Assembly: GCA_028534125.1 (NCBI GenBank)
Contig: CM052817.1
Location: forward strand, 19,656,001 to 19,720,000
DNA from: Lama glama
Lineage: Eukaryota
Direction of reading: 5' to 3'
DNA length: 64,000 nucleotides
Under the pieces are notes generated by a model that saw only the letters and a program-made list of their open reading frames with translations, did not search any database and was not told where the DNA came from. Below, piece after piece: positions 1 to 13,424 of this stretch (positions are counted from its first letter, which is position 1; each line of letters opens with the position of its first letter). Both the position numbers and the translations under genes were made by a program.

Positions 1-364
1 AACACAAATCTATTTGCATCACTCTCTTGTAAAGACATTGACATCAATGTGAGTTTTATTCAATCATCATTTAAGTTTAAAATAATCTACCTGCTAAGGG
101 ACTTATTTATTTTTGCCTTGGGATAATCATAAAAGCATCAATCCATCAAGATTTCAATTTATGTGGGAAAATATATTCATTTCCATTACTACAATTTTAG
201 CAATTCCCAAGTTATGATTAGAAGTTATAAATGGGCTATGTCCCCTCAATTAATTTGTGTTTTAGCTCATAATCCATTTTTTTCACAAAAAATGTGATAA
301 AGGTTGTTTTAGTTCTCTAAACTAACTCACAAAAATGCCTATGAATGACACTGAGTAAATTCAA

Positions 365-575
365 ATAGTAGTTAACATTTATTGATTACTAACATGTTAA
401 GTGTTCTATAAATATGAGTACTTTAATCTTAATAACAATTCTGTGGTGTATGTACTATTTTTTCCTATTTCGTTGATATATAACAAAAGAGAGAAGTAAT
501 TAACTCGTCTAAAGATACATAGCTTCTGAGATGTTGACCTGCGACTAGAATCTTGGATCTTATTCTAAAGCATAT
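365..575 (-). mobile_element. MIR SINE fragment
   Basis: Degenerate MIR antisense pattern (aacatttattga...tttaatcttaataacaattctgtg...aactcgtctaaagatacatagct). Confidence 0.65.
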
Positions 576-589
576 ATTTATGTCATTAT

Positions 590-850
590 AAAACTTTTAC
601 TATAGATAAATTTCAAAATGTATCGAAGTAGAAATGAAAGTATAATTAATCCCCTATGCAGCCATCATTCAGCTTCAATGGTTCTTATCTCATGATCAAC
701 GTTTCATCTGTATCACCACTTAACCTCCCCCTCCTCCACCTCCTCTGTATTATTTTGAAGCATTCCACACAGCATGTAGTTTCATCTTAAGATTTCCCTC
801 TATCTCTAGAATATTTCATTTTAACATAGCTCTAGTAGTATTATTCCATG
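590..850 (-). mobile_element. Old L1 (L1MC/ME-like) 3' UTR fragment
   Basis: aaatttcaaaatgtat...cccctatgcagccatcattcagcttcaa...tattttgaagca resembles antisense L1MC 3' ends. Confidence 0.6.
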
Positions 851-1352
851 ACTCTACAAAAGAGTTTCACAAAGTGTATGTGCTCTGCCTAAAGTCATGA
901 TAAAATACATGTCACGTGCGATACCTTGATTAATGAAGCTCAGAAAATTCTGGGTCAATAGAATTTAAATATATTTATTTTAAGACATCTTATCTTTACT
1001 AGCATTGTTAATATGTAGCTTTAGTAGGACTTCTAAACTAATAAGTAGGATACATAGTGTATAATATCCCCAGAAATCATTTATCCATTGAATTTTTTCC
1101 CTAACAGAAGAAATTTCTTTCTGCAAACTTGAAAGAATACACATCCATACACACCCATGTTGGGAGTTTGTGTGTGTTTATAGATGTATGTATGTGTACG
1201 TGTATAAACACACACATATTCATATATATATGTTTATAATCATATGTAGTAACTTACTCTTTATCATAACTTATCAGTAAATTCAGTGCATTTGAATAAG
1301 ACTTAAGATTTTTACCAGGAAGATAAAGATAAGTTTGCAAGGTAAAAAAAAA

Positions 1353-1381
1353 ATATATATATATATATACACGTTTTTATA

Positions 1382-1415
<34 letters not shown>

Positions 1416-1436
1416 TTTTATACACACACACACACA
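1353..1436. repeat. Compound (TA)n/(CA)n microsatellite
   Basis: Directly visible runs of TA and CA. Confidence 0.95.
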
Positions 1437-3224
1437 TGAAAAACAGAATGGAAAACAGAGCATCACACAATGGCTGCTAGCCTGTCATGGGAAAGAAATA
1501 ATTGCATATTATTTCTAATATGCAATTCATGTTATTTGTATATAGCCCACAGCCCATTGGATGGCCCAACATGACATTACAACTTTTAAGACATTTGAGG
1601 GCAATCTTCTGCATGATTCAAGTTTGTATTATCAACTGTGATTAGCACTGTGTCTTGGACATAGAGTCCTGGGAAAAATTATCAATTTGTGAATTTACTT
1701 ACTATTATATTAAAGAGTAGATTTTCAAGTGCTTTAGGGAAAAACATAATGTGAGCTTTGTCTTTATCGAACTTGATTCATGAAGAGACTGGGCGTATAA
1801 AACATTCTGTTGCTTAGCCAAATCTTCTGGAAGAGACTCCCTGAGAAATTACCTTTTCTCAGGTATATTAGTTCCTTTTTGTGCCTCAGGAGAGGCAATT
1901 TACCTTTCAAGTATGAAGAACTTGCTTTGAGAAAGTATTTCACTCATTCTGACTCCTTGGAAGATTGGGCCAGATTTAAAGAAATTACGTTTTATTTTTA
2001 GCAGATGAGGGTCAAATGTGACCAACACCACATGGATCTTGCAAGGATTACCTGTTTTATCTCATTCATTCTACATCATATGCAATTCCTGTATCCCTGT
2101 CAAGACATAAAACTCTTAAATAATCCCAAGAATTTACTCCATTATTAGAATTGAGTACATATTGAAAATGAATTGGGAACTCATTTCCATTTTGCACAGT
2201 TGCTGACTATGTAAGTTCAAAAGTGTACTCCATTTTTGTATGTTCCACAGTTATAAGGTAGTTTCAGAGACATCTTATTTAACATTTAGGATAGTTCTTT
2301 GAAATGAGACTAGAGTGAAGATAAGTGATTTTTTTCAAGGTCATCTGAGAGTCACAGTCACATTTTGAAATCAGGACTTCTAACCCCAGGTTAGTTTGGT
2401 TTCCATAGCACTATTGAGTTTTGACTACACTTGCTAGAGTTAGCAGAAACAAGAGATAGAAAGATCAGTTGTAATTAAGTGCATTGATTCAAGATTTTAC
2501 AAGGATAATCTTAAAATGATTTGGAATTTTAAATTGCATTTCAGAAGTATTAGGATGTATGAAATATTTATTTTTAGCTGTGCTAGAATCTGTGTTTATC
2601 CAATCATATAGAGAATCTGTCTTATTAATGTAATATTATTTTTCTTTAACTTAAATCTTTATACATTCTCTTATCCATATTAGATGACTCAAGAAAAATC
2701 AAATGGGATAAGGAAATTCACTGTTGAGAATAACGTTATATTTTTGCTTCCTTTTGTTTTTAATAGACATTTTTAGAGCAGTTTTAGGTTCACAGTAATT
2801 ACACTTCTAAAACAGTGATAAAGACTGCATTAACAAGAGGTCTAAAATTATTTAGTTGGTCTTGAGATTTGGGCTGGTTTTTCAGAACCCAAAAAGAGGC
2901 ACCAACAGTAATGAAAACTACACAGAATGACCAAAAATAAAACGATACATATATAAAATATAAAACTTAAAAAAAAACTAATACAGACAAACACCAACAA
3001 AGAAATAAAAACAGAAAGAGCTTATGAGTCAAAATAAGAGTTTTCATGGAAAAAATGTATAATATAAAAATACTATAAAACTCTTAAAATGCCAACGATT
3101 AGTTATATGACTTTTGAACTCTGTCATAGCTGTATTTGTTCTGTGATACAACAATCATATTTTGATCAAGGTAAATTAAAATTAAAGAGAATGATTAACT
3201 CTTGGTTATGACTGAATTACACAC

Positions 3225-3670
3225 ACTTAGTCATCATGTCTCAGGTCGTATTAAAATATCTATGCTAATATTGTAAGTAGTTTTCTGTACTTCAAAGTAT
3301 AAAAGCCTGAAAACTGTATTTCCCAGACTCCCTTGCAGGAGTGTTATTATAATAGGTAACAGAGACTTTGGGAGGTTTGAAAACTGGGATTTAAAGACAA
3401 ATCATATTCTCAGGTGATAGCTGCAGACAGGTATGTGGGCTACAGAGAAATCCAATGATAGACTTTGCTAAGGTTTTACAATGCTTCTTTCCTATGGATC
3501 ATCCACTGTAGTACTGCAGGCAAATAAGATAATTGGTGGAAATTTCCAGGGGCTTTTCCACCTTTATTAGCCTTTACTAGCCCTTTGGTGGTGCTTTATG
3601 TATTTAATTCTCTTCCTAGTTGAGATACCTAGAGTTGGCTTACATTTTCATGTGGCTCCTGAATGAGTCA
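3225..3670 (+). mobile_element. ERVL LTR (LTR33/LTR41-like) solo remnant
   Basis: ctgaaaactgtatttcccagactcccttgc and the 3' end tgagatacctagagttggctt...cctgaatgagtca match this LTR group. Confidence 0.65.
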
Positions 3671-5384
3671 TCTCCCTAGTAGGCATATTTGTTCTGTTCA
3701 GTGTGAACCTCTGTTTAGGAGCCAATGACTCAGTTTTTGAGCATTAGTGTCATTTTTGGTAAAAAATATCAGCATACTTCTCCCTATTGTTAATAAGGGT
3801 AATATAAACAAAGGTTAAAACATGGCATCAATTTTGATAAAATAAAATATTTCATTAACTTCCAAAATAAAGGAAGTTTTTTTTTTATAAATTCAATTTT
3901 AAGGACCATTCAGTAAAGTTTATAATAACTGATGGGTGTGATTGGCTCTTATAAGAGTACAAACATGAGAACTGGATTCCTGAATTTGAGAACTTGAAGG
4001 TTAAAATTAGATGAGATAAAAATCTAAAATAAAGACAATCATAAGTGGCTTACTTCAAGTGAATTACAACTTTTTAAATCAAACTTCAAAATATCAGGGC
4101 AGGGACTGCTCTTTGTAAAATATGCAAGAGTTACATTTAGGACAAATACAATCATGTACTCAAGTAGACATATTGCACACGGGTTAAACACATTTTCTGC
4201 AAGTGGTGGTACACAGGAAATAAAACTAGGTATGTGAAATAATTGGACATCTTGAGAAATGACAGAGCTAGGACAGGTTAGGATATAGTTATAACTGGGG
4301 TATCTCTAATCTTTAAAGAGAGACTTAACAAAGCTGTGGTTATATGATTTTTCCACAATGAACCAAAATTCAAACAGTAGATAGTCTTTCAATAATAATA
4401 TAAGAGATTGTGTCTTTTTCATATTTAGATCTACAAGCGTCTTCAGCAGCTCAAAAACTGATGAGTTTAGCAGCTACATAGTCAGCATAATTCGTTTGAG
4501 GACTCTCCTTGACACTGTTGATTGTAATATCTGACAACTGTGAACTGTGCATTTTATAAGTTAAAAAAAAAGTAATATTTTTAACACTGCCTCCAGTACT
4601 TAAATTTTAGCCCCAAGGATGAAAATCATGTCCCTCCGATAACCAATCTGTAAGAAACTGAATACTAGGTTAGACTGACCATGGAATCGACCTAGGATTA
4701 CAATCACCAAGTGTAAAATTTTAAGCCTTTTTGTAATTTAAAATTCAATTTTAAGGTTTACTTCACTCATTTATTTTTTCGGTTCTTCCCCTGTATCCTC
4801 TCCGTTCCCTTGGATTGCATTTTACCACTGTCTTTTCCTGTTCCGTTTCCCTTTCCTTGCTCCAGGCATTCTTAGTGTCTGCCACTGATTTCTTTTCTTC
4901 TTACCTACATATTTTGGGGACTATCAATCCATGTACTGATTTGGGTGCTTTCCTTTTCCTTCTTTATGAAATTTCTCTGTGTAATTCTCCCACTGCTGTA
5001 GTTTCAATTATCACTGCTGTGTACGATATACCTGTAGTAGGTTGAATAATGGAATATATTTTACCTTCTTTGGATAAATTATCTTACAGATCTAATTCAA
5101 TTAAGGATCTTAAAATGAGGATATTACTTTGGATTACATATACCATCATAAGTATTCCTATTAGAGAGAGGCAAATGGAGATAATGCATCATCTATTAAA
5201 GAGATTTGGAAATAGTAGGTTTTACCATAAAATACAATTTTGTCTTATGTCCCTTTCCTTTGATGATGCTCTCCTCCTTGACTGGGGTAAATTTATGCAC
5301 CTCCTCCACTTAATGAACATCTACATTTTTTGTCAAAGTCCAACTCCAAAGTCACTTTTTCTATATGGTATATCCCCATCCTCT

Positions 5385-6822
5385 GGAAGAGATCATTTCC
5401 CACAAGAGAGACCATAGCCTCTAGTAACCACAGATCTGATCTCTTTTTCTTCAAGTTTGTTTGGGTTGCTTGTTTGTTTGTCTTGGAAGCACACAACATA
5501 TTGATTTGATATTTCTATACATTTCAAAATGATCACCATGATATGTCTAGTTACCATGTGTCACGACACAAAGATATTACATAATTATTAACTATATTCC
5601 CCACATATACGCTTCATACCCATGATACTTATTTTGCTCCTGGAAGTTTGTGCCCATTAATCTCTATCACATATTTCCACCTCTAACATCCTTACCCTTT
5701 GGTAACCACCTATTTGTTCTCTTTATCTGTGACTGTTTCTCTTTGGTTATGTTTGTTCATTTGTTTTTTAGATTCCATGTATAAGTGAAATCATAAAGTA
5801 TTTGTCTTTCTCTGTCTGACTTATTTCACTTCATATAATACTCTGTAGGTCCATCCATTGTCACAAATGGCAAGATTTCATTCTTCTTTAGGGCTGAGTA
5901 ATATTCTTTATCCATTCATTTATTGATGGACACAGGTTGCTTTCATGTTGTGGCTACTGTAAATAATGCTGCAATGAGTATAGAGGTGCATATATTTTTA
6001 TGAAGTAGTATTTTAATTTTCTTTGGGTAAATACACAGGAATGGAATTGCGGGAACATGTGGTAGTTCTATTTTTAATTCTTTTGAGGAATCTCCATGCT
6101 TTTTTCATAGTGGCTGCTTCAATTTACCTTCTGGCATGAGGGTTCCCTTTTCTCCACATTCTTACTAACACTTGTTATTTGTTGTCTTTTTGAAAAAAGC
6201 CATTCTGACAAGTGTGAGATGTTACTGTGGTTTTGATTTCCATTTCCCTGATGATTAATGATGTTGAGCATCTTTTCATGTGCTTGTTGGCCATTTGTTT
6301 GTCTTCTTTGGAAAAATGTCTATTCATTTCCTCTGTCCATTTTTTAATTGAGTTGATTGATTTTTTGATATTGAATTGTATGAGTTCTTTGTACATTTTG
6401 GTATAAAGCTCTTATCCAGATAGATTGCTTTGCAAATATCTTCTCCTGTTCATTTGGTGGTCTTTTCACTTCCGTGATAGTTTGCTTCGTTGTGCAAAAG
6501 CTTTTTAGTTTGATGTAGTCCCATTGGTTTATTTTGGCTTTTGTTTCCCTTGCCTGAGGAGACATATATAAAAAATAATACTAAAAATAATGTCAAGGAG
6601 TACACTGCCTATATTTTCTTCTGGAAGTTTTATGGTTACAGATCTTATTCATAAATCTTTTACCCATTTTGAATTTATTTTTGTGTGTGGTGTGAGAAAA
6701 TAGCACAGTTTGATTACTTGCATGCAGCTGCCCAGTATTTCCAACATCATTTATTGAAGAGGTGGTCTTTTCCCCAGTGTATATTCTTGCTTCCTTTGTT
6801 GAAGATTAATTGCCCATATGAG
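5385..6822 (-). mobile_element. L1 ORF2 C-terminal region plus 3' UTR
   Basis: Minus ORFs give L1 ORF2 peptides ([39 protein letters not shown]). Confidence 0.95.
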
Positions 6823-7268
6823 AGGGAACATGTGAGAATTTTTGTGCACCTTTTAAGTGTGGCATCTCTATTTCCTACAGCCCTCTGCCTCTCTCAAAAG
6901 TAAGCCCTGCTGGCCTCCTCCTGGGGAGGGGCACTTGTCTTCTCTAGGCAGGACCCCTGGGCGGGGAAGCTCAATATTGGGCTCGTGACCTTCTCTCCTT
7001 GGGATGAATCTTTGCGACTGTAATTATCCTCCTGTTTGTGGGTTTCCCAACCAGGGTTATGGGCCTTGACTATAAAATGTCTCTGCCCCTCCTAACTGTC
7101 TCGATTGTGGTTCCTTCTTTGTATCTTTAGTTGTCAAAGATTTTTTTTCTGATAGTCTTTAGGTGCTTCTTATCAATAATCACTCTATAAATAGATGGAA
7201 TTTTGTTGTGCCTGTGGGAGGAGGTGAGCTCAGGGTCTTCTTAATTTGCCATCTTGTCCTGACCTCTC
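6823..7268 (-). mobile_element. L1 5' UTR start, fused directly to the ORF2 3' segment
   Basis: Reverse complement begins caagatggcaaattaagaagaccctgagctcacctcctcccacagg, a typical laurasiatherian L1 5' end. Confidence 0.8.
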
Positions 7269-7379
7269 TTATAGTCTTCTTATCTTGTATTTGTCATTAG
7301 GGCAGAGAGCCTATTTATTTTTGTGTTTGTAGTAACCTGTGCTTATTACAGAGCAGGCATCTAAAAGCAGGGCTTCATG

Positions 7380-7785
7380 CAGCAGTGTGCTGACACATAT
7401 TTAACAACTTTATTTTTAAAAAATATGGCATTTTCCCTTTTTATGATGTAAGTATTCCCACAATAGCCAGTTTCTAGCTGCCAATATGATACTGCTGAAA
7501 GTGGAATTGGAAAGGTTGCACAATGGCACATCAGTGTATGTTATTTCACTGTACACATGAACTATACATAAATAATCATGGACATAAATTAATGATAAAA
7601 CAGAGAAAAACGATCAGGAAGTGATGAGTTTTGAGATTTTATTTTTTTAGTGTAATACATTTAGGAGTAAATTTGTGTAATTAATCTTAAATAATGTCTG
7701 TGTTTAGCAGCCAGCAAGCAATATTCCTGAAAAATGAATGCTCAGCTCTCGTGAGCCAGGATGAGCTGGCTTCAGTGCATCATTG
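7380..7785 (-). mobile_element. MER63-type hAT (Blackjack) non-autonomous DNA transposon
   Basis: Termini cagcagtgtgctg...cagtgcatcattg; internal ctctcgtgagccagg...gagctggct motif. Confidence 0.75.
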
Positions 7786-8629
7786 ATTTTATGACATAAT
7801 ACACTGGTCCAGTAAATGTAAAGCCTTGTTTAAAAAATTCTAAGAATCATATTCAATCTATTCACTCAATAAGTAAGTTTATGATGTTTCAAACTATATT
7901 ATATTTTTTGCATGAAAGTAAATAGAAACAGTGAAATACACAGAACTTTTTTTTTTTGGAGAGAATGAGGAGGCATAAAGCATGCAGTAAGATGGCAAAT
8001 ATTTTTCAATGAAAACACCTGTTTTAAAATATAAAAAACTTTATATTGGCAATAAGGTGTAAATAAAAATTTGATCATATACTTCAAATAACTATAAAAC
8101 CAACCACAGCCCAGAGTATTTTCTCTTCTGATAGTATGTAATCTCTTATTACAGATGACTTTGTTAATTCTTTCTAATCCATTCATATTTTAAGGATAAT
8201 TACAAATTAAAAATCATCAAAATATATTTGATTAATCAACTAATATTTAAATATTTTATCCTCAGCAAAGGCTAAGGCTAAATTCAATAATCTTTTTAAA
8301 ATTATAACTCAAAATTTTCTTTACATGATTAAATATAAGCTATTTGAAGGGATAGTTAGTTTTTTTTTAAGGCAAATGATTTATTTTTTATTTGTTGGTG
8401 TGCCATCTTCACTTTCCTCACTTTATAAAACATTTTATATTTTCAGACATATGAGGATACTTTACATATTTTTTTCTGATTTTTCCCTATAGTTTTGTCT
8501 TTTATATAATGTCAAAAAAAATAGACCATAAAGTTTTTTTTTTTGAGTGGAATTAAACCAGGTCAAAGTATCTGAAATTTTTTAAGATGCATGATATGTA
8601 TTGATAATTTTTTAAAAGTTTTTTTTTGA

Positions 8630-9970
8630 TCATATAGTTTTAATTTGCATTTCCCTGATAATTAGTGATATTGAGCATTTTTTCACATGCTTATTGGTCA
8701 TTTGTATGTCTTCATTGGCGAACTGCTTGTTTAGGTCTTCTGCCCATTTTTGTATTGGGTTGCTATTTCTTATTAAGTTGTATGAGCTGCTTATACATTC
8801 TGGAAATTAAACCTTTGTCAATAATATCATTTGCAAATATTTTCTCCCATTCTGTAGGTAGTCATTTTGTTCTGCTTCTGGTTTCTTTTGCTGTGCAAAA
8901 GTTTATAAACTTACTTAGGTCCCATTTGTTTATTTTTGCTTTTATTTCTATTGTGTAGGTAGACTGCCCTAGGAGAACAGTGCTAAGATTCATGCCAGAA
9001 AGTATTCTGCATATGTTTTCTTCTGGGAGGTTTATAGTGTCTTGTTATGTTTAAGTCTTTAACCATTGTGAGATCATTTTTGAGTAAGATGTGAGGGAGT
9101 GTTTTAACTTCACTGATTTACATGCAGCTGTCCATCAAAACTACAATGAGGTATCACCTCACACCAGTCAGAATAGCCATCATTAAAAATTCCACAAGTG
9201 ATAATTGCTGGAGAGGGCACGGAAAAAGGGAACTCTTGTATACTTTTGGTGGGAATGCAGTTTGATGCAGCCATTATGGAAAACAATATGGAGAGTCCTC
9301 AAAAAGCTAAAGAAAGACTTTCCATGATTCAGCAATCCCACTCCTGGGCATATATACAGAGGGAAATCTAATTTGAAAAGATACATGCATTCCAATGTTC
9401 ATAACAGCATTATACACAATAGCCAAGACATGAAAACAACATAAATGTCCATCAACAGATGACTGGATAAAGAAGTTGTGGTATATTTATTCAATGAAAT
9501 ACTCCTCAGCCATAAAAAGAATAAAATAATGCCATTTAAACAACATAGATGGACCTGGAGAATGTCATTCTAAGTGAAGTAAGCCAGAAATAAAAAGAAA
9601 AATACCACATGATATCACTCATATGTGGAATATAAAAAAAGACACTAATGAACTTATCTACAAAACAGAAACAGACTCACAGACATAGTAAACAATCTCA
9701 TGGTTACCAGAAGGAAATGGGGTGGGAAGGGAATAGTGTGGGAATTGGGTGGGAGTTTGAGAAGTGCAGATATGAACTGGTATATATAAAATAGATAAAC
9801 AACAAGTTTATACTGTATAGCACAGGGAACTATATTCAATATCTTGTAGTAACCTATAATGAAAAAGTATATGAAAATGAATATATGTACATATATGTAT
9901 GACTGAAGCTTTATGTTATACACTAGAAATTGACACATTGTAAACTGACTATACTTCAATAATAAAAAAA
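8630..9970 (+). mobile_element. Young 5'-inverted (twin-primed) L1: antisense ORF2 8630-9134, sense ORF2 end/3' UTR/polyA 9135-9970
   Basis: Orientation switches at 9134; both arms abut the same L1 position (caaaactacaatga); ends actgactatacttcaataataaaaaaa. Confidence 0.9.
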
Positions 9971-9974
9971 TGAC

Positions 9975-11550
9975 CATATAAAATGTAAGAATTTGTGTCT
10001 GGCTTTTTCTGTCTAGTATAAAACTTTTGAGACTTATCCATGTTGTTGCATTTATTGGCAGTTTGGTCCTTTTAATTGCTTAATAGTATTGAACTTTACA
10101 GATGTATTACAGCTTCCTGAGGGACAATTCATGATAGATATTTAGATTGATTTGGATTTTTTTTGGAGAATATAAATAAAGTTGTTATAAACATTTCTGT
10201 ACAGGTTTTTGGGACAACATGGGTTTTCATTTCTCTTAGGAAATACCTAGCGGTACATTGACTGGGTGGTGTGGCAACTGTATATGTTTAATTAAAAAAA
10301 AACCAAATTATTTTTCAAAGTGGTTATTTCACTTTATATTGCCATGTGAAATGTCAAAAAGTTCAAATTACTGCACATCATTGCCAGCACATGGCAGTAC
10401 CAATACTGATGCTAGTTTTTTGTTTTGCTTTGTTTGTTTGTTGCCATTCTGGTCCAAATGCTATGGTATCTCATTATGGAATCATGAGGAATTGATCTAT
10501 ACATTAATTGTATATTATATGCAACACAGTGCTGTGTATTATATTGTTTCTATATGCACTTGCATTAGTTATTACAGAATTAATTTATATTTCCCTAATT
10601 ACTATTCATGTCAAGCATATATTCATGAAACCATTTGCACTCATGAATATATGATATATATCTTTAGTGGAGTGTCTGCTTAAATCTCTTGTCTATTTTT
10701 AAATTTGATTCTTATCTGATTAAATCTTGGGTGTTCATTACCTATTCTGGACATAATTCTTTATCAGATATGTGTTTTGGAAACAATTTCTCTAAGTCTG
10801 TGTCTTATCTTTTTATTCTCTTAACAGTGTCTTTTGAACAACAAGTGACTTAAATTTCTACTGAAATCCATTTATGGAAATTACTAGTGCCTTTTAACTT
10901 CCGAGAAATGTTTTCCTAACCTAGGGTCATAAAGGCTTTTTTTTTCTAGAAAATTTTCATGGTTTTGGGCTTATGATTCATTTCAAGTTTTGTTTTTGTT
11001 TTTCCTTTGTGGTATGATGTAAGGGGCACTTTGAGTTTGTGTGTGTGTGTGTGTGTATTGATGGCTGAATGTATCTGTTCTGTATGTTGAGAAAATTATC
11101 CTTTCTCCATTAGCTATTAACTGGCCATAAACATGTGGTGCTAGTTCTTGAATCTCTGTTCCATTCATTGGTCTTTGTTTCCACCATGTGTCATGCTATT
11201 GGAATAAGTACCTTTATAGGAAGTCTTGAGATCAAGTAGCATGAGTGCTCCAACTTTATCTCTCATTTTCAAAAAAAATTTTTTGGCTATTCTAAGTCCT
11301 TTGCTTTGTGATATAAACTTTATAATTATTTTGGCAATTTCTGCAAAAGGCTTGCTGGACTTTGACTGGACTTGCATTGAGAATCGTGAAAATACTGCTT
11401 TTCATGATCCATGAACAAGGTATATCTCACCATCTATTTAGATTTCCTTTGATTTTTCACATCACTAGTTTATAGCCTGCAACATACAAATTTTGCACAT
11501 ATTTTGTAAGATTTTTCCCAAAGTAGTCATAGATTTTGATGCTATGTAAT
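9975..11550 (-). mobile_element. Old L1 (L1MB/MC-like) 3' UTR and ORF2 relic; continues left of the young L1 at about 8480-8530
   Basis: Antisense L1 motifs (ttatccatgttgttgca; ORF 11165..11377 IIKFISQSKGLRIAKKFF resembles ORF2). Confidence 0.85.
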
Positions 11551-11679
11551 TAATTTCAGTTACAGCCACACACAATACAGCTGCAGTCCTCCTCTTTCTC
11601 AAGGGCTCACTCATCACTTTTTGAACTTAGTTCTGTTATGTTCTATTCCCCTAATAATTAAAAAAGAAACAACAAAAAA

Positions 11680-11710
11680 CACAAACAAACAAACAAACAA
11701 ACAAACAAAC
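11680..11710. repeat. (AAAC)n microsatellite
   Basis: Directly visible. Confidence 0.95.
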
Positions 11711-12923
11711 TACAAATGTATAATGTATCTGACTTGTTTTACTTATTAGAATCGAGATAACAGTCCCTTGTCCTTTTCTAGGCGTAACTTGAGGCAAATA
11801 TATCACACGCATATTATGACAACATTTTAAAACAGAGGATCATAGTTTCTGCTTTACCACCTAACTCATTCCTCATCTCTTGTTTTGTCTCTGAAAATAA
11901 ACTTCAGCTATAAGCATTCACTAATAAGTTTTATTAATGCAGTTATTGGGAAAAAGGAAAACTACTGACTGGAAATAGAGGAAGATATAAAGTTTGTTTT
12001 ATCATGCAATTAATTTACTATATTTTGCTTGATTCATGTTATATTTTCATTCTATTTATGTTAGTCATTATATATATATTAAATATATATACTCTTTAAA
12101 ATGCTAGTTTACTAATTATAACTTCATTGAAGACAATTTTACCAATGAAGCCTTAAAAACATATTCAGGGTTACTGCTAAAATTCAGAGCAAGTAGTTCA
12201 AGAAAAGGAGAATTCAGATTAGCAATTTGCACTCTCAATTTGATGATAACAGCATTGCATTTCTTGGGAAAATAAATAAGAATTTAGAGGTAAATGTCCT
12301 AAAACAAATACTTACTATTAGTAAACAGTTAGTGAAAGGAAACAGTAAAAGAACTCTTTTTGAATGAAACTAACTTTTCATTGACGTTGGTTAATCATTT
12401 ATTTTACTATGTGCTGAAATTTACCATTTTTGCAGTTTTTTTAAAAAGTACCATATTCAAAAATATGCATTATTATACTGTGTATATATCAGTAAGATTA
12501 TTATTTATATTAATTAGAGACTCTCATAATAGATTATCTTAGAATCTGTCTCAGGATTGTTAAAGAATTCTTAATGATATGGCTGGCTTAGGAACAAAAA
12601 TGATGAAGTACTAATATTACTACTTCAGAGATTTGTGGGATGGCTGTTATATTCTGAGTTCAAATTAAAATGATCAGAAGAAATCACTAGGACATGTAGC
12701 TCCTAAAGGGTACAATGCTCACAATATAGAACCTGACTTTATGTTCCAGCACTCCCATCTAATGATCATGTAGAAAAGAATCTATATGTGAAGAGAATTG
12801 GGGCCAGACATTCTGTTTCATGTCACTTATTTTTAGTTGGTTATGATTATAAAACTGTCATCAGCTACCCAGAAGATACTCATCTGGGTATAAGGAATCT
12901 AGACTCAAAGTTCCTTTTAGTTT

Positions 12924-13418
12924 TGTCAATGAAAAACAAGAAAAATATAATGTGAGAGTTTTGAGTTAAGTTTTATTTGGAGCAAAATGAGGAGTATAGC
13001 CCAGGAGATAGCCTCTTAGGTAGCTCTGTGGAACTACTCCACAGGGTGGGGAGAGGACTGTATAGATATGATTTTAGTAAAGGGGTGGGGGGGACAAGTG
13101 CAATGAAGCACACATTTTGGCAGAGGCCAGTCATGGGGGCTAGTTGTTGTCAGTCACAAAGAGCAGATGTCTCTGTTAGTGATTTTAGTGCTTTTCTAGA
13201 TATGAAAAGATGCAAGACATTCGGCTCACAAAAATCTTCTCCTGAAAATATCTAACTATGTGAAGACCTATTCTGCCACTTTTTCCCAGAGCACAGAGTG
13301 CCTCACTCCTGCTCTCTGCCCTGAACTCCTTTCAGGGTGTTTTGATGGTCAGTGTCTGCAGTGGCTAGTGGCTTCTTTCTTGTAGAACCAGATGGGAAGC
13401 GACATTCTTTAGATGGCA
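12924..13418 (-). mobile_element. ERV1-class solo LTR (MER41-like)
   Basis: TG...CA termini with a perfect 4-bp TSD GTTT (12920-12923 and 13419-13422); antisense AATAAA (ttttattt) near 12970. Confidence 0.85.
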
Positions 13419-13424
13419 GTTTAT

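Noticed and set aside
1169..1216. 14-bp inverted repeat hairpin
   Set aside because: Arms are TG/CA microsatellite; expected by chance in such tracts.
5049..5417. 122-aa ORF, and similar ORFs at 10258, 15835 and 51355
   Set aside because: No recognisable domains or splice context; low-complexity or repeat-derived composition.
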